A stretch of DNA of 64,000 bases, taken from Candidatus Poribacteria bacterium. Lineage in GTDB: Bacteria > Poribacteria > WGA-4E > PCPOR2b. Shown here piece by piece: positions 63,270 to 64,000 of the stretch. The notes beneath the pieces were generated by a model that was not told the DNA's origin, did not search any database, and was given only the letters and a program-made list of their open reading frames with translations. Position 1 is the stretch's first letter. Every line of letters starts with the position of its first letter. The position numbers were made by a program, and so were the translations under genes. The DNA lies in assembly GCA_965215015.1 (NCBI GenBank), contig OZ244042.1:4608001-4672000 (forward strand), in the 5' to 3' direction.

Positions 63270-63707
63270 AAGCGGCCAACCCCAAGGGTCGCCCCTACAG
63301 GAATTGAGCCAATGTAGGGGCAGGTCTTGTGCCTGCCCAAAATACTTGCTTTAAGGTAGTCCCCCCCGCTTGCGGGGGAGGAACGGGGGGGACAGCACGG
63401 CGGAGCACGCCTACTACCGTCGGATGAACTGTAGTCGCTCGATTCATCGGGCGTCGTGAGTCATATAGATACCAACACTGGCGTACAATCGTCGGCACTC
63501 GACACGGTTGCACAATGTTTCGGGTGGATTGAGCCAGAACTGTCGCGCAATATACTAGATATTTTCAATTCACCAAACACTGTCGAGTAACACACCCAGC
63601 ATTTGATGAATCACCGAACTACGAGGGTTTGAACGCTCAACTGTGTAAATCCTAAAGTGTAGGTATAGGAATAGAGAAACCGAGTTTTTGGCAAAAACTC
63701 GGTTTCT
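63270..63707. repeat. Cluster of REP-like hairpins
   Basis: GTAGGGCAGG...CCTGCCC, CCCCCGCTTGCGGGGG, GTAGTCGCTCGATTCATCGGGCG, AGAAACCGAGTTTTTGGCAAAAACTCGGTTTCT. Confidence 0.65.
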
Positions 63708-63717
63708 GTTCTTCGGG

Positions 63718-63999
63718 TTAAGGTATAACCGCATCTTCTCCGAGGTGTTCCTGTATCCAGTCTCGGAGGGGGACATCCTCGTCTTTTGGGGAGGTGTATC
63801 CCAATCCCCCTGTGCTAGCACCCAACAACTGTCGCCGAATTGGGTCGCTACGCTCCATATAGTGGTCAACGGTCATATTATCCCTCGGTCGCAGCCACCG
63901 ATAGCTATAACCGTAGAAAAGCACCTTTCGGGTGATATTTGAATGGTTGGGGCTCGCGGCATGCCAGATTCGTCGATCGAAAAATACCGCGGTACCGGG
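63718..63999 (-). CDS. PhyH family dioxygenase, C-terminal part (runs off the window)
   Basis: PGTAVFFDRRIWHAASPNHSNITRKVLFYGYSYRWLR. Confidence 0.8.
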   Translation of the reverse strand, partial: PGTAVFFDRRIWHAASPNHSNITRKVLFYGYSYRWLRPRDNMTVDHYMERSDPIRRQLLGASTGGLGYTSPKDEDVPLRDWIQEHLGEDAVIP

Positions 64000-64000
64000 T

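Overview
Gene-dense bacterial window of roughly 50% GC. The style suggests Candidatus Poribacteria or a relative (inference only): many Gfo/Idh/MocA, PhyH and creatininase paralogues, a 'QNYPxPxNPETWIPY' C-terminal sorting domain, and abundant REP/MITE intergenic DNA. Housekeeping genes are rpsU, groES-groEL, pspA, thrS, iscS, map, argC and a tRNA-Gly/Cys/Val operon; most other genes are catabolic enzymes. The main discovery is at 42.6-46.5 kb: two tandem cassettes of about 2.3 kb sit directly upstream of tRNA-Gly(GCC). Each begins with a copy of the tRNA promoter plus the 5' 35 nt of tRNA-Gly (ending at the anticodon). Each carries a secreted TIMP/NTR-like OB-fold gene followed by a matrixin-like metzincin gene with a C-terminal sorting domain, and the two protease copies carry complementary deletions. 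Other notable items are a UvrD helicase with a degenerate RecJ-like DHH segment and an intact DEDDh exonuclease inserted, a sigma54-type groESL promoter with phased upstream repeats, a DRG-like GTPase, a candidate convergent sRNA locus, and several pseudogene fragments. No CRISPR array, rRNA, integrase or transposase gene was seen.
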